Shown here: positions 12,551 to 24,044 of the stretch, piece after piece | How the letters are laid out: each line of letters begins with the position of its first letter | How positions within the stretch are numbered: position 1 is the stretch's first letter | Notes under the pieces: generated by a model | What the model was told of the DNA's origin: nothing | The model's input: only the letters and a program-made list of their open reading frames with translations | Database searches by the model: none | Translations under genes and position numbers: made by a program | Assembly: GCA_024679065.1 (NCBI GenBank) | Contig: JAGIQG010000019.1 | Span: 7,254,001 to 7,318,000 of the forward strand | Source: Sphyrna mokarran | Taxonomy: Eukaryota | Length of the DNA: 64,000 nucleotides | Direction of reading: 5' to 3'

Positions 12551-12733
12551 GCCCAGTATTTTCTAGTCATTCACACTGGTGCGGTTTTACAGTCCCGCTG
12601 CAGTGAATGAAGATTTGGCTGAGCGCCAAATGCTCTGTCCTTGCCCAATATTTTCTGGCCATTCACACTGGTGCAGTTTTACAGTCCCGCTGCAATGAAT
12701 GAAGATTTGGCTGAGCGCCAAATGTTCCATCCT
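12551..12733. repeat. Tandem duplication, 92-bp unit x2, within a small inverted-repeat element
   Basis: gccca(g/a)tattttct..cattcacactggtgc.gttttacagtcccgctgca.tgaatgaagatttggctgagcgccaaatg starts at 12551 and at 12643. Confidence 0.9.
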
Positions 12734-12805
12734 CGTTTGCAGCAGCGGCGGGGTGTGAACTGCCAGGAAAATCCCGGCCATAGAAAACCCTAAGAGGGCT
12801 TGATA

Positions 12806-13675
12806 CATAGAAACTAGAAGCAGGAGTAGGCTATTCTACCCTTCAGCCTGCTCCACCCTTGATTATAATGATGGCTGATTATCAAATCCAATATTCTGAT
12901 TTCTCCCTCATATCTCTTTACCCCCAAGAGCTAAATCTCATTTCTTCTTGAAATCACACAACATTTTGGCCTCAACTACTTTCTGTGGTAGTGAATTGCT
13001 CACGTTCACTAGCCTCTGGGTGAAAAAAATTTCTCCTCACCTCAGTTCTAAAAGGTTTACACTTTATCCTCAAACTACGAACCCTGCTTCTGGACTTCCC
13101 CACAACTGGGAAAATCCTTTCTGAGTTAGAGTTTTATAGGTTTCCATGAGATCCCCTCTCAATCTTCTGAACCCAAAGGAATATAATCCTAACTGACTTC
13201 AATCTCTCCCCATATGACAAACCTGCCGTTCCAGGAATCAGCCTGGTAAACCTTCGCTGTACTCTCTGTATAGCAAGACGTCCTTCCTCAGATAAGGAGA
13301 CTTAAAACTACACACATTACTCCAGGTACAGTGAGTACCAGGGAGCTAATTTGATGGGGGAGGGGGTGGAGGGGGAAATGGCGGAGTGGGGAGACTGGAA
13401 ATAAGAGGCGCATTTTAAGAATCAGAGGTCTCCCCTTTAAGACTGAGCTGCGCAGGGTCTTATCTCTCTCAGAGGGAGGGGTTGTCTGAGGAACTCCCTT
13501 CCTCAGAGAGCAGTGGAAGCTGGGCCATTGAATATATTCAAGGCTGAGTTGGGCAGATTTTCCTTTGACAAAAGAGTCAAGAGTTTTTTGGGGGACGGGG
13601 AGCAGAGGGGAGGTGGGAGGGGGCAATGACAGGAAAGTGGAGCAGGTTCGAAGAGCTGAATGACCTACCCCCATT
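12806..13675. mobile_element. CR1 3' fragments (minus 12806-13330, plus about 13400-13675)
   Basis: catagaaactagaagcaggagtaggc tail; plus fragment ctctctcagagggagggg...cattgaatatattcaaggctgag. Confidence 0.8.
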
Positions 13676-13684
13676 TCCAAGTTC

Positions 13685-14017
13685 CAGTGGCGGATTAATT
13701 ACTACCCAGACTGCAAGGTTGAGCTTTAGAAAAGCCCTCTGACCTTGCCCCTTGACCCACCCTTTGTCGAATAGAATAAAGCGATGTTAAATGACGTTAG
13801 ATAACTTATATTATTGTACCATTTATTTTGTATTTATCTGCATGTCGTACAAGTCCGGGAGTGAAGCTCCTCTGTTTATAGATATTTGTTATATTAATTC
13901 TCTCCCGGCATGAGTTATGAAAATTTATTCACCCTTAAAAGGGTTAAACTCCAAATTTTTTTTTGCTCTCGGCCCTCCCTTCCAGGCCCCCAGGCTTAAA
14001 TAGTTAATCCGCCACTG
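13685..14017. mobile_element. Non-autonomous hAT-type DNA transposon (MITE), 333 bp
   Basis: TIRs CAGTGGCGGATTAATTA / TAGTTAATCCGCCACTG (16/17 match); perfect 8-bp TSD CCAAGTTC at 13677-13684 and 14018-14025. Confidence 0.9.
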
Positions 14018-15289
14018 CCAAGTTCATATACTCCAATTCTAGCTTGCACTGTATTAGGGGACTGTGTTCATTATAATGTATTTTATTAGTTTATTTTATT
14101 AGTGTCACAAGTAGCTTACATTTACACCGCAATGAAGTTACTGTGAAAATCCAGGCGCCTGTTCAGGCACACTGAGGGAGAATTTAGTACGGTCAGTGCA
14201 CCTAACCAGCACATCTTTCGAAGGAAACCAGAGCACCCAGAGAAAACCCACGCAGACACGGGGAGAATGTGCAAACACCACATGCAGTGTCAGCGGCTGC
14301 CTATTGCAGCCCAGGATAAATAATTGTTGCAACGTTCTTTGTCCAGTTAGCGATGAGAACTATTTGCAATTTTGCATAGAAAATGAGAGAAAGTTTTCAC
14401 ATTAATCGGTTTTATTGTCAAGTGAAAAATCAGCAGATCAGAATGTCAATGACTGGGGACATCTGCTGGCCAGTGATAACAACTGCAAGGCTGAACATGA
14501 ATGGCTTTGTGAACACACTGGCCAGTTTAAAAGTCACCAAAAAAAAAGTACCCAACTTTAGACTCTTCTGCCTGATGTTACTCACTTTTCCTGCATTGCA
14601 AAGCAGGACAAATGCACCTCGTGACTAGAACCGGCTAACTGAATTGTAGAGAAGCTTCAGAACTTGTTTTGAAACCCAATGCTGAAGTGATCTGAAGTTT
14701 CCTGTTTGCAAACGGTGAACAATTATGTAGGGATTACTTTGTATTAAAATATACACCTTGTTCATTTATCAGATGAAAATAGTCTGAAACAAGCATGTGA
14801 TGATTAATGAGTGAGACTCCAGCTAATTATTGTTTCCTCTTGCAGTAATTAGGTTGGCGATGCTAATCAAGATGAATATACACCCTGATCCTTCATTCTC
14901 AATGTGGAAATTGAGCAGTTACTGCCTTCGCCTGCAATGAGATCCCATTCTAAAGATGAAGCTAATACTGGGGCCGCCACTGTGATTACATTCCTTTGTT
15001 ACACTAAGTGCTTCGAAAAACATGCAGGGATAAACACCGCAAAGTTAATAGTCTTATTATCTGCAATTTATTTTGTGTGTAACTCCAGATAAACAGCTTC
15101 CTGAGATCTTTGAGACATCTTTTTTCATTTGCAGAGAATCTAAGTGTATCCGTTTTGTTAGAATATATCAAATGATGTTCCGCTTCAACTGCGTTTTAAA
15201 GCTGATTTACCAATCAGTTCATCAATTCATTAGTTCCACTTCAGCTATCTTGTATAAAAAAGTACCAGCGTGGAACGAAAATACATTTT

Positions 15290-17095
15290 TTACATTAATC
15301 CATGAGATGTGGGCATCATTAGCAAGGCCAGTAATTATTGTCCAACCCTAATTACCCTTGAGGGTGGCACAGTGGTTAGCACGGCTGCCTCACAGCGCCA
15401 GGGAGCCAGGTTCAATTCCCGGCTTGGGTCACTGTCTGCGTGGAGCTTGCACATTTTCCCCGTGACTGCATGGGTTTCCCCCGGGTGCCCCGGTTTCCTC
15501 CCACAGTCCAAAGAAGGGTGGATTGGCCATGCTAAATTAGCCCTTAGTGTTCCAAGATAGTAGCTGGATTAGTCATGAGAAAGATGTGTGGGGTTATGGG
15601 GATAGGGTAGGGGATAGACCCTGGTCAGTACAAACTCGATGGGCCAAGTGGCCTCCTGTAGAGATCTTATGATATTATGAAGATGGCAGTGATGGTGGTG
15701 TTTCTTGAACTGCTGCAATTTATGTACTGTAGGTACACTCACAAGGGCTACTGGGGAGGGGGTTCCAGGATTTAGATGAAGCAATGACAAAAGAATAATG
15801 ATATATTTCTAAGTTAGGGTGATTTGGAAAGCAAATCACCAACAACACTCAAAAAGCCGATTGCCATGCAGGACAAAAGCATTTTCTGCCTTAAACATCC
15901 TCCCTCCACCAGTGGCACACAGTGAGAGAAGAGGGGAGCTTAGAGGAGTTGGTATTCCTATGCACCTTTTATCTGTGTCCTTGTAGGTGGTAGTGGATGT
16001 AGGTTTGGGAGGTGCTGTCTAAGAAGGTTCACACTACCGCCCCTGTGCATCACTGGTGGAAGAAGTGAGGCCTAAGGATATAAGATGCTTTGTCCAGGGT
16101 GGCACCGGGCTTCTTGAGCATTGTTGGAGCTGCACTTACCCAGGCAAGTGGCGAGTGTTCCATCACACTCCTGATTTTGACTGGCAGGCGGCGGAATAGC
16201 TTTAGAAAGACAAGATGTGGGTTATACACTACAGAATTCTCAACCTCTGACCTGTTTGTTTCGTCACAATATCGATATAGCTGATCCTGTTAGCTTTCTA
16301 GGCACTGTTTGCCCCCTACCACCTACCCCAAGATGTTAATGTCAGATGACGCAGTAATGCAGTCAAGAGCAGATGGCTATGCTCTCTCTTGATGATAGTC
16401 ATTGCCTGGCACTTGTTTGGTCCTGAGTGTTACTCACCACTTATCAGCCCTGTGATAATGTCCAGGTTTTGCTCCACATGCAGAAGGTTATGGACTGCTT
16501 CAGTGTCCAAAGAGCTGCAAATTATTAAACACTGCAATCACCAGTGGATGTTCCCATTTCTGATCCTATAGTGGAAAAATGGCCATTGATGGAGCAGCCA
16601 AAGGTGATTGGGCCTCAGCCAGAGAAACTCGTTCAGTGCTGTCCTGGGGCTGAGTTAATTGGCAGCGCTGATGCCGCTGAATGACCAGGAGAAGTGATTG
16701 AAATGTCTACCCTTGAAGATGGCAATTGCTCGTCATTAATGGTCAGTGTACGTATCATTCACAACTCCTCAACTACTATCATTGAAGCTGCAATTATCAA
16801 CATACTGGAGGTTAATTAACTGACTAAAATCTGACGGACCAGCCATATAAATACTGTAGCTTTAAGAGCAAGACCGGAGTTGGGGATTCTGCACTTCCTG
16901 AATCCCTGAAGTTCCTCCACCACTTTCAAGTCAGGAGTGTGACGGAATACTCTCCACTTGCTGGACGGGTGCAGCTCCAACCACAACAACTTAAAATTCA
17001 TTCCCTCGCCACTAATGCATAGTGGCAGCTGCCAGTATTGTCTATAAGATGCACCTTTTTCAATTCACTAAGGCTCCTTCAACAGCACCTTCCAA
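15290..17095. mobile_element. LINE fragments head-to-head (minus to about 16650, plus from about 16700) with nested HE1 SINE 15362-15672
   Basis: Same LINE family as 3245-3850 and 50150-51150; SINE head ggtggcacagtggttagcacggctgcctcacagcgccaggg. Confidence 0.7.
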
Positions 17096-17189
17096 ATCAT
17101 AGAATCCCAACACTGTAGAAAGAGATTACTTGGCCCACTGAGTCTGCACTGACTTTCCAAAGCAGCATCTTACCCAGGCCCTAAGCTAA

Positions 17190-19240
17190 GTGAGAAAAAG
17201 AATAAGAACTGCAGAAAGAGAGTGTGAGAAAGAACTGATAACTAGCATTAAAAGGAAATCCAGAAAGTCTTCTCATAAACAGTAAAAGGGTAGTAATAAA
17301 AGTAAAATAGATTGAAAAAGTGGGTTAATGAATGGAACCAAATGCTCTACATTAGCACTTTGCATTTACCTTTACCAAGGAAGAAGAACATGAAGCCAGT
17401 GAAGGAGGAGGTAATTAGATGGCTAACGGTTAACAAAGAGATATGAGAAAGGCTGCCAACATTTAAGTTTATAAGTCATCAAGGCAAATCAAATCAGAGG
17501 CATCCCTAAGATACTGAGGGAAGTAAGGGTGGAAATCACAGAGACACTTGTCATAATCCTCCTTAGAAACAAAGGTGCTACCAAAGGACTGAAGAATTGC
17601 TAACTTTACACCCTTGTTCAAAAACGCATGCAAAGACCAGCAATGAGTCAGTTTAACTTCAGTTAATGCTTTTAGAAATGATAATGTGGGACAAAATTAA
17701 CAACATTTTGGACAAACATAGATTTACTCAGAAAGACCAGCAAGGATTTGTTTAAGGACAAATCATGTTTAACTAATTTGATTGAGTTTTTGATGAGGTA
17801 AAGTACTGATGACGGTAATATGGTTGATGTGATGTACATTGACTATCAAAAGACATTTGATAAAGTGCCACACTTGTCAGCATAGGTGAAGGCCATGGTA
17901 TGAGGAACAGTGGCAGCACGGATGTAAAGTTTGCTGAGTGACAGGAAACAGTGAATGATTGAGTTTTGGACTGGATATAGAGTGGGGTTCCCCATGAGTC
18001 AGTGTTGGGACAGCTGCTTCTTGCTATTAGTGCACAACTTCAAAATCTGCATGACACAAAATTTGAAAGCGTTGTAACTGAGAGAGGGATGGACTTTGAA
18101 AAGGCATACATGAGTGACACATTGTGATGTGAAGAATGGTGAGAGATTATATAAAAGATACAATTGTAAGGGGATGCAGGAGCAGTGGGACATATGCATT
18201 CACATTGGAAGTATCATGGTCATGGAAGTAGAGAATAGGGCACATGGAATTCTTGGATTTACAAATAGAAGAATAGAATAAAAAGCAAGAAAGTTATGAT
18301 GAACCTTTAAAGAACTCTGTTTTGGCCTCAACGAGAACATTTTGTCCTATGCTGGGCACCAAATTTGAGGAAGCATGTGAAGTACAAAGAGTGAGTGCAG
18401 ATAATCATGTCATTGAAGCAGTCCATTCGACCATTGAGTCTGTACGAACTCTCCGATGGAGCATTACATCCAGAGCCTACATCCGTAACTCCACATACTT
18501 ACTCCGTTAATTCCCCTCTAATCTATGCATCTTAGGACACTAAGCACCCCTGAACTTGGGAAATTTAGCATCTATCCCACCCATCTTTGGACTGTGAGAG
18601 GAAACCCACACTGACACAGGAAAAAGACACAAACTCCACATCAGCAGCCAAGGCCAGAATTGAACTCAGGTGCCCGAGGTAGCAATGCTAACCACTGTGC
18701 CATATTAAACAAGAGATTTTAGCAGTGAGCAGATTGGTGAAGAGAACCTTGGAGAAGGATAGTTTGAGAAGATTTAATAGAGGTGCTAAAATCAATGGGG
18801 GTGGTGGTGGATTTGAAGGATCTGGATAGACTAAATGGGATGGATGTGGTCCCGTTAATGGAAATGTTGAGAAGCAAAGGACACCGCCTTAAAGTGATTG
18901 GCGAAAGAACCAGAGGCAACATGAGGAAAAGTTCTTTATACGCAACATGCATTTAGGATTTGAAATTCACTAATCGAGAGTGTGGTGCTTTCAAAAAGGA
19001 TTTAGGTAATCATCCAAAAAGATTTTCAGGGCTATGGGGGAAAAGCAGAAGAGCGAGATTTTAAAAAATTCATTCATGGGACATGGGTGTCGCTGGCTGG
19101 CCCGCATTTATTGCCCATCCCTAGTTGCCCTTGAGTTTTGGTAGTGAACTGCATTCTTGAATCACTGAGTTACATTTGCAGAAAACCAGCATGAACACGA
19201 GGGGCTGAATGGCCTTCTTCTGTGCTGCAACCATTCTATG
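17190..19240 (+). mobile_element. Decayed CR1 LINE ORF2 with nested HE1 SINE (about 18410-18705, minus strand)
   Basis: RT remnants: aaatcatgtttaactaatttgattgagtt, gacatttgataaagtgccaca, agtggggttccccatgagtcagtgttggga; CR1 3' tail near 19200-19240. Confidence 0.8.
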
Positions 19241-20539
19241 GTTGAGTTAAATATTGGATCCTTTTGGAAAAAGGAAGCAAAAGCTTTCCTTCTTTAGTCT
19301 GTAGGTCACATAAAAACATAACACTTACTCCAGTGCTTACTGGCGCTTAATTGACTAAGGATTGCAATCCCAAAAGGTATTGATGCAGCAATTTTCCCCA
19401 AATGCTTCACTGATCAAAGTTGCCAAGATTGGTTCTTCAGCTAAAATGCTGGACTGGTCCAGGTTGAATGCAGGACATTACCTTGGCTAAGAAGATTAGA
19501 TTGCAATAGGAGTGATTATCATAGAATCATTAAGAGGCTGTTTGCCACTTATTTGCCTACTACCACTTATTAACAAGATTCCATAGCATTTTGATGGATA
19601 ACACTTGACCTAATACCGTCTTCCAACAACAGATTGGGAGTAAGCAAGCAATTGCTGATAATCTCCAGCGCAACTTAAAAAGGTACAACATATTTTATTG
19701 TCCATTTACTGCCACAGAATTGAAAAGGACTTTTGAAACACATCCAGAAGCGTTGCAATACCTTGTTAACTAATGTTCTTATTAACATTTACTGCTGTAT
19801 GAAAATTGGCTGCCGCAGTCACATTAGACTACATTGCAGCTACACTTCAGAAATACATAATCAGCTGTGAAACACATTAGGATATCCTGAAGACAAAGTC
19901 TCTATATGAAAGCAAGTTTGTCTCCTTGGACATTTATCTATAGAAGCCAATTCCAGTACGAAGTTATTTAATTGTGCAAGTGAATGCAGGAAAAATTTGC
20001 AAACAGTAAAACTCCACAAACAGCAAATAAATACATGCTCTTTTGTAATGATTGAAGAGGTGGTTTATGCACACAGTTATTTCTTTTCTACTAGAAATGA
20101 TCAGTTAAATTGCAACTAGCCCTAGTGATGTGACTACTTCCTCTATAACTCTTTACAATAAGAACATCACACCATTCATTAGAAGCACAAACACACAGCA
20201 ATGCTAAACAGCATGCCTTTGCCAGAATATGCAGTGATGTTTGTACAAGCTACAACAGCTGTCTGTTTCAGTAGGAGTTGCGAATCTTAGAGAGCCATAT
20301 TTTGACATTCCCATCATCAGGTTTTTTTTTTAAATATATACCTCAAAATGGGTGGTACAATTAGGACCACTTTACTGTACCTTAAAAGGATGGTGGACCA
20401 CATTCAACAGCAAGCTTCTATAACTAGTTTAGAGGGTGTGAAAAAGTCAAACCATTTTCAGGATCAATAGGGTTTGATACCTGCAGACACACCTGCGGCC
20501 ACAGTTGTGAATCTGGGATGATATCCCAGATGATATCTG

Positions 20540-20800
20540 GGACACAACTTTAAATTAAGGGGTATGAGTTATAGGACGGATATCAGAGGTAGGTTCTTTA
20601 CTCAAAGAGTGATTAGGGAGTGGAATGCCCTGCCTGCAGCTGTTGTAGATGCGCCAAGTTTGGTGGCGTTTAAGAGGTTATTGATAAGTATATGGAGAGA
20701 AGGGAATGGTTTAGTTGGAGGGGCATTGCTTTTTATTTTGGTCGGCACAACATCGAAGGCCGAAGGGCCTGTTCTGTGCTGTATTGTTCTATGTTCTATA
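20540..20800 (+). mobile_element. Young CR1 3' fragment
   Basis: Encodes RGRFFTQRVIREWNALP...FKRLL; tail ggccgaagggcctgttctgtgctgtattgttctatgttcta. Confidence 0.9.
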
Positions 20801-23800
20801 TGGTGCCTCACTGCTGCCAAGGTCAATGATGTGACTGAGCAACTACAGGGGATTCTAAGGGCAGGTTCAGAGAGAGGGGTGGGGCAGAGCAGGGCAGGGA
20901 GGGAAGGGGGAGAGGAGAGGGATGCATTGGAAACAGTGCTGAACAGTCAAAGGTTGAAGGCCACATCAACACTTAGGAGAAAGAGGGATGAGATCCTCCA
21001 GACACATCTTCAGGGAGATAGATTGCAAAGCAAGATCTCAAAATATAGTCAGCTCAGAACTACTCCTGGTATCATGTGCTAGTGCATACAAGAGGATGGT
21101 ATTGTTGAATGTGTAACTGGACAAATAGCACAGGGAGAGAACTGTAGATTTATAGGCCATTGACACTGCTTCTGGGGGAGATGGGATCTATACAAGCTAT
21201 TAGGATTAATAGATCCTAATAGGGTCAGGACTATTATCCTAGCAGAGTGTTTTATTAGTACTGCGGGGAGGATTTAAGATATCTTAGCCAGAGGACAGTA
21301 AGAGGAGAGTCGATTCAGACAGAAGTTGGAAATGGGAGCAAAAGATTAACAAACATGTTTGGAAGGCAGAGGGGGAAAAAGGCTAGAAAATACACAAAGG
21401 AGTTTGGCAGTGCTAAATGATATATAGTTCAATGCATGAAGTCTCGGGAATAAAGCAGATGAGCTGAGAGCACAGATTGAAACGTGGGAGTATGATATTA
21501 TAGCTATCACTGAAATATGGCTCAAAGGAGGGCAGGAATAGCAGCACAACATTCTTGGTTAAAATGTTTTCAGATGAATTAGAGAGATTTTAAAAAAAAA
21601 GTGGGGGAGCGTGCAGAAAATCATAACATTGATTAGGAAACAATTATAGCTGATCATCAAACAAAGCCATATGGATTGAACTGATGATCATAAAACAGGG
21701 CAATCACATTATTGGGTGTATACTACAGAAACTCCTAGATCATCAAATTTTAAAAATAAATTGAAGAAGCAAAGAGAGCACATCAAAAATTATCAGCAAG
21801 GAAATCCCAAACTTTGTTTTTAAATGAATACAAAAAGAGCAAGAGATATTAGAGTATTGTCCATTAGCAGTCATTAGGATAAAAACGTGAAGGTGGACAA
21901 CAAGGTTTGGAATGAAACTGCTCCAGTTTTTTCAAAAGATCGAAGTGATGCAGACATTGCAATTAGGGAGGCATGCAAAACATTAGATTAAAATATAGTG
22001 AAAATACTGTATTAAGGAGTTTGATTTCTTTTAAAGTGGATAAGTCACAAAGCCCAGACGGTACATCTCACCAAAAGAGAAAATGCTATAAAACCTCAGC
22101 ATCTGTAAGGAGAGATAAGAGCTGTTGTTGAGTCAAGGTTTCCCTTTGTCAAAAAGTAAAAGGCACAGAAAGTAGCAGATATCTATACTGTTGGGTGAGG
22201 GTGTGAAAGGGGAGTCATAGCTACAAAACCAAGGGGAAAAAGGTTGCTAATGGCAGTCCATAGCAAAAATAAGAGAAGGGGAAAAGAAAATTAAGACATT
22301 AAAGAAATATCTCCTCAGGTGTTGAGAAGCAAGAGCAGAGGCTCTAATCATCGTTTTCCAATCCTCTTTTCCTTTAGGTCTGGAGTAGAGAACTGGATTC
22401 TAGCATGGTACTATTTAAAATAGGGAGAGGGATAGATGAGCAATTGCAGGCCAATTAGTCTAATCACAGTGTAGGAAAATTATTGGAGACCATTCTGAGT
22501 AACAGGATAAATCTTCAGCAAGACATGGATTAATCAAGATCAGCATGGATTTGTTATGGGAGATAACATATGACTAATATTGAATTTGAGGATGCAAGAA
22601 GAGCTGATGAGAGCACTGTATTCAATGTAGTCTATATAGATTTTAGTAAGGTTTTTGAAGAAGTCCTGCATGGCAGGTTGGTCAAAGTAAAAGCCTATGA
22701 GATCCAAGGCAAAATAGCAAGTGGGATCAGTAATTGGCTCAGAGACAGGAAAGAATTGCTGATAGGGGTTGTAACTGATGGGCAGTTTCCAGCTGGATCT
22801 TGCAAAGCTCAGTATGAGGGCCTTTGCTTTTTTGCAATACTTTCCATTGTTAGATTTGAATGTAGGGGTTATGATTAATAATTTGCAGATGATACAACAA
22901 TTGGCTGTGTGGTGGATAGGAAGAAAGCTATAGACTAGTAAAGTATCAGTGGACTAGCCAGGTGGCATTAATGACATTGAAATAATGCAGATGTAAAGAA
23001 ATGCATTTAGGAAAAGCTAACAAAGCATTGGAATATACAGTAGGATACTGACAAATAGAAGAACAGAAAGATCTTTGGGTGCATGTCAACATATCCCTGA
23101 AGGTGACTGGACAGACAGATGATAGTCAATAAGGCATATGGGATAGCTGCATTTATTAGCTGAGGCATAGAAAAGTAGGATGGTTATGCTACAATAGTAT
23201 AACATTGGTTAGGATTACTGTATGCAGTTCTGGTTACTGTTATAGGAAAAATATTGAACTAGACAGTACATAGGTTTGGGCAAATGTTGTCAAGACTGGA
23301 GAATTTTAGTTATGAAGAAAGATTATTCTTCAGAACAGATGCTGAGAGAGATCAAATTGAAGCTAAGAAGGTTTTAAGAAGGTACGAAGGTCCTATTCAC
23401 CATGGTTGAGGGGTCTATAGTCAGAAGGAGTAGGATGATCGAGATTAGAGGTGCAATTATTTCACACAAAGAATAATAGTAATCTGAAACTCACTGCTTG
23501 CAAGGATGGTAGAAGTGGGACAAATAGCTGAAGTGCATTACTCTGTAGTGTTGTGTTGGGTAATTGATTAGCTCAGTTGGCTAACTAGCTGGTGAGTGAT
23601 TCAGAGTAATGTCAGCATATTCACGAAGACTCTACCTTCTTGACCTGGTCCCTTGCCTGAGGTTAGCAGTCCTCGGGTTAAATCACCACCAGCCTACCGT
23701 CATCTGGAGTATGACAACTTTTACACGTTTAAGGGCCAAGTGCTGGAGAGTGGGATTCGACTGGATGGCACCTTGTTAGCCAGCATGGATACGATGAGCC

Positions 23801-23830
23801 AAATGGTTTTGTGCCAATGTATAAATTTCT
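20800..23830 (+). mobile_element. Old decayed long CR1 LINE (endonuclease and RT remnants) with nested elements
   Basis: At about 21430: NA*SLGNKADELRAQIETWEYDIIAITEIWL (APE endonuclease start). 22570-22878: VVYIDFSKVFEEVLHGRL. tttgcagatgatacaa (FADDT) at about 22882. Many stops and indels. Confidence 0.85.
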
Positions 23831-24044
23831 ATGATTCTAAAAAGATTTCTACGATAAGCAAAATTGGTTTTATTCCTTGCACGATCCAAGTGAATATTAG
23901 ATTTTACAGGCAGCATTTATGGCATTGTTGCCCCACCTCAGCTGGCTCACTGAATGGGATTTTATACGATAGGATCTGAACTTGGTCTAGTGCTATATTC
24001 GCTACTAAATGTTAGAAAACAGCAACAGAAATTGGACCATTGAT

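Noticed and set aside
20564-21082. 172-aa ORF
   Set aside because: Read-through of a CR1 ORF2 end into an older CR1 remnant.
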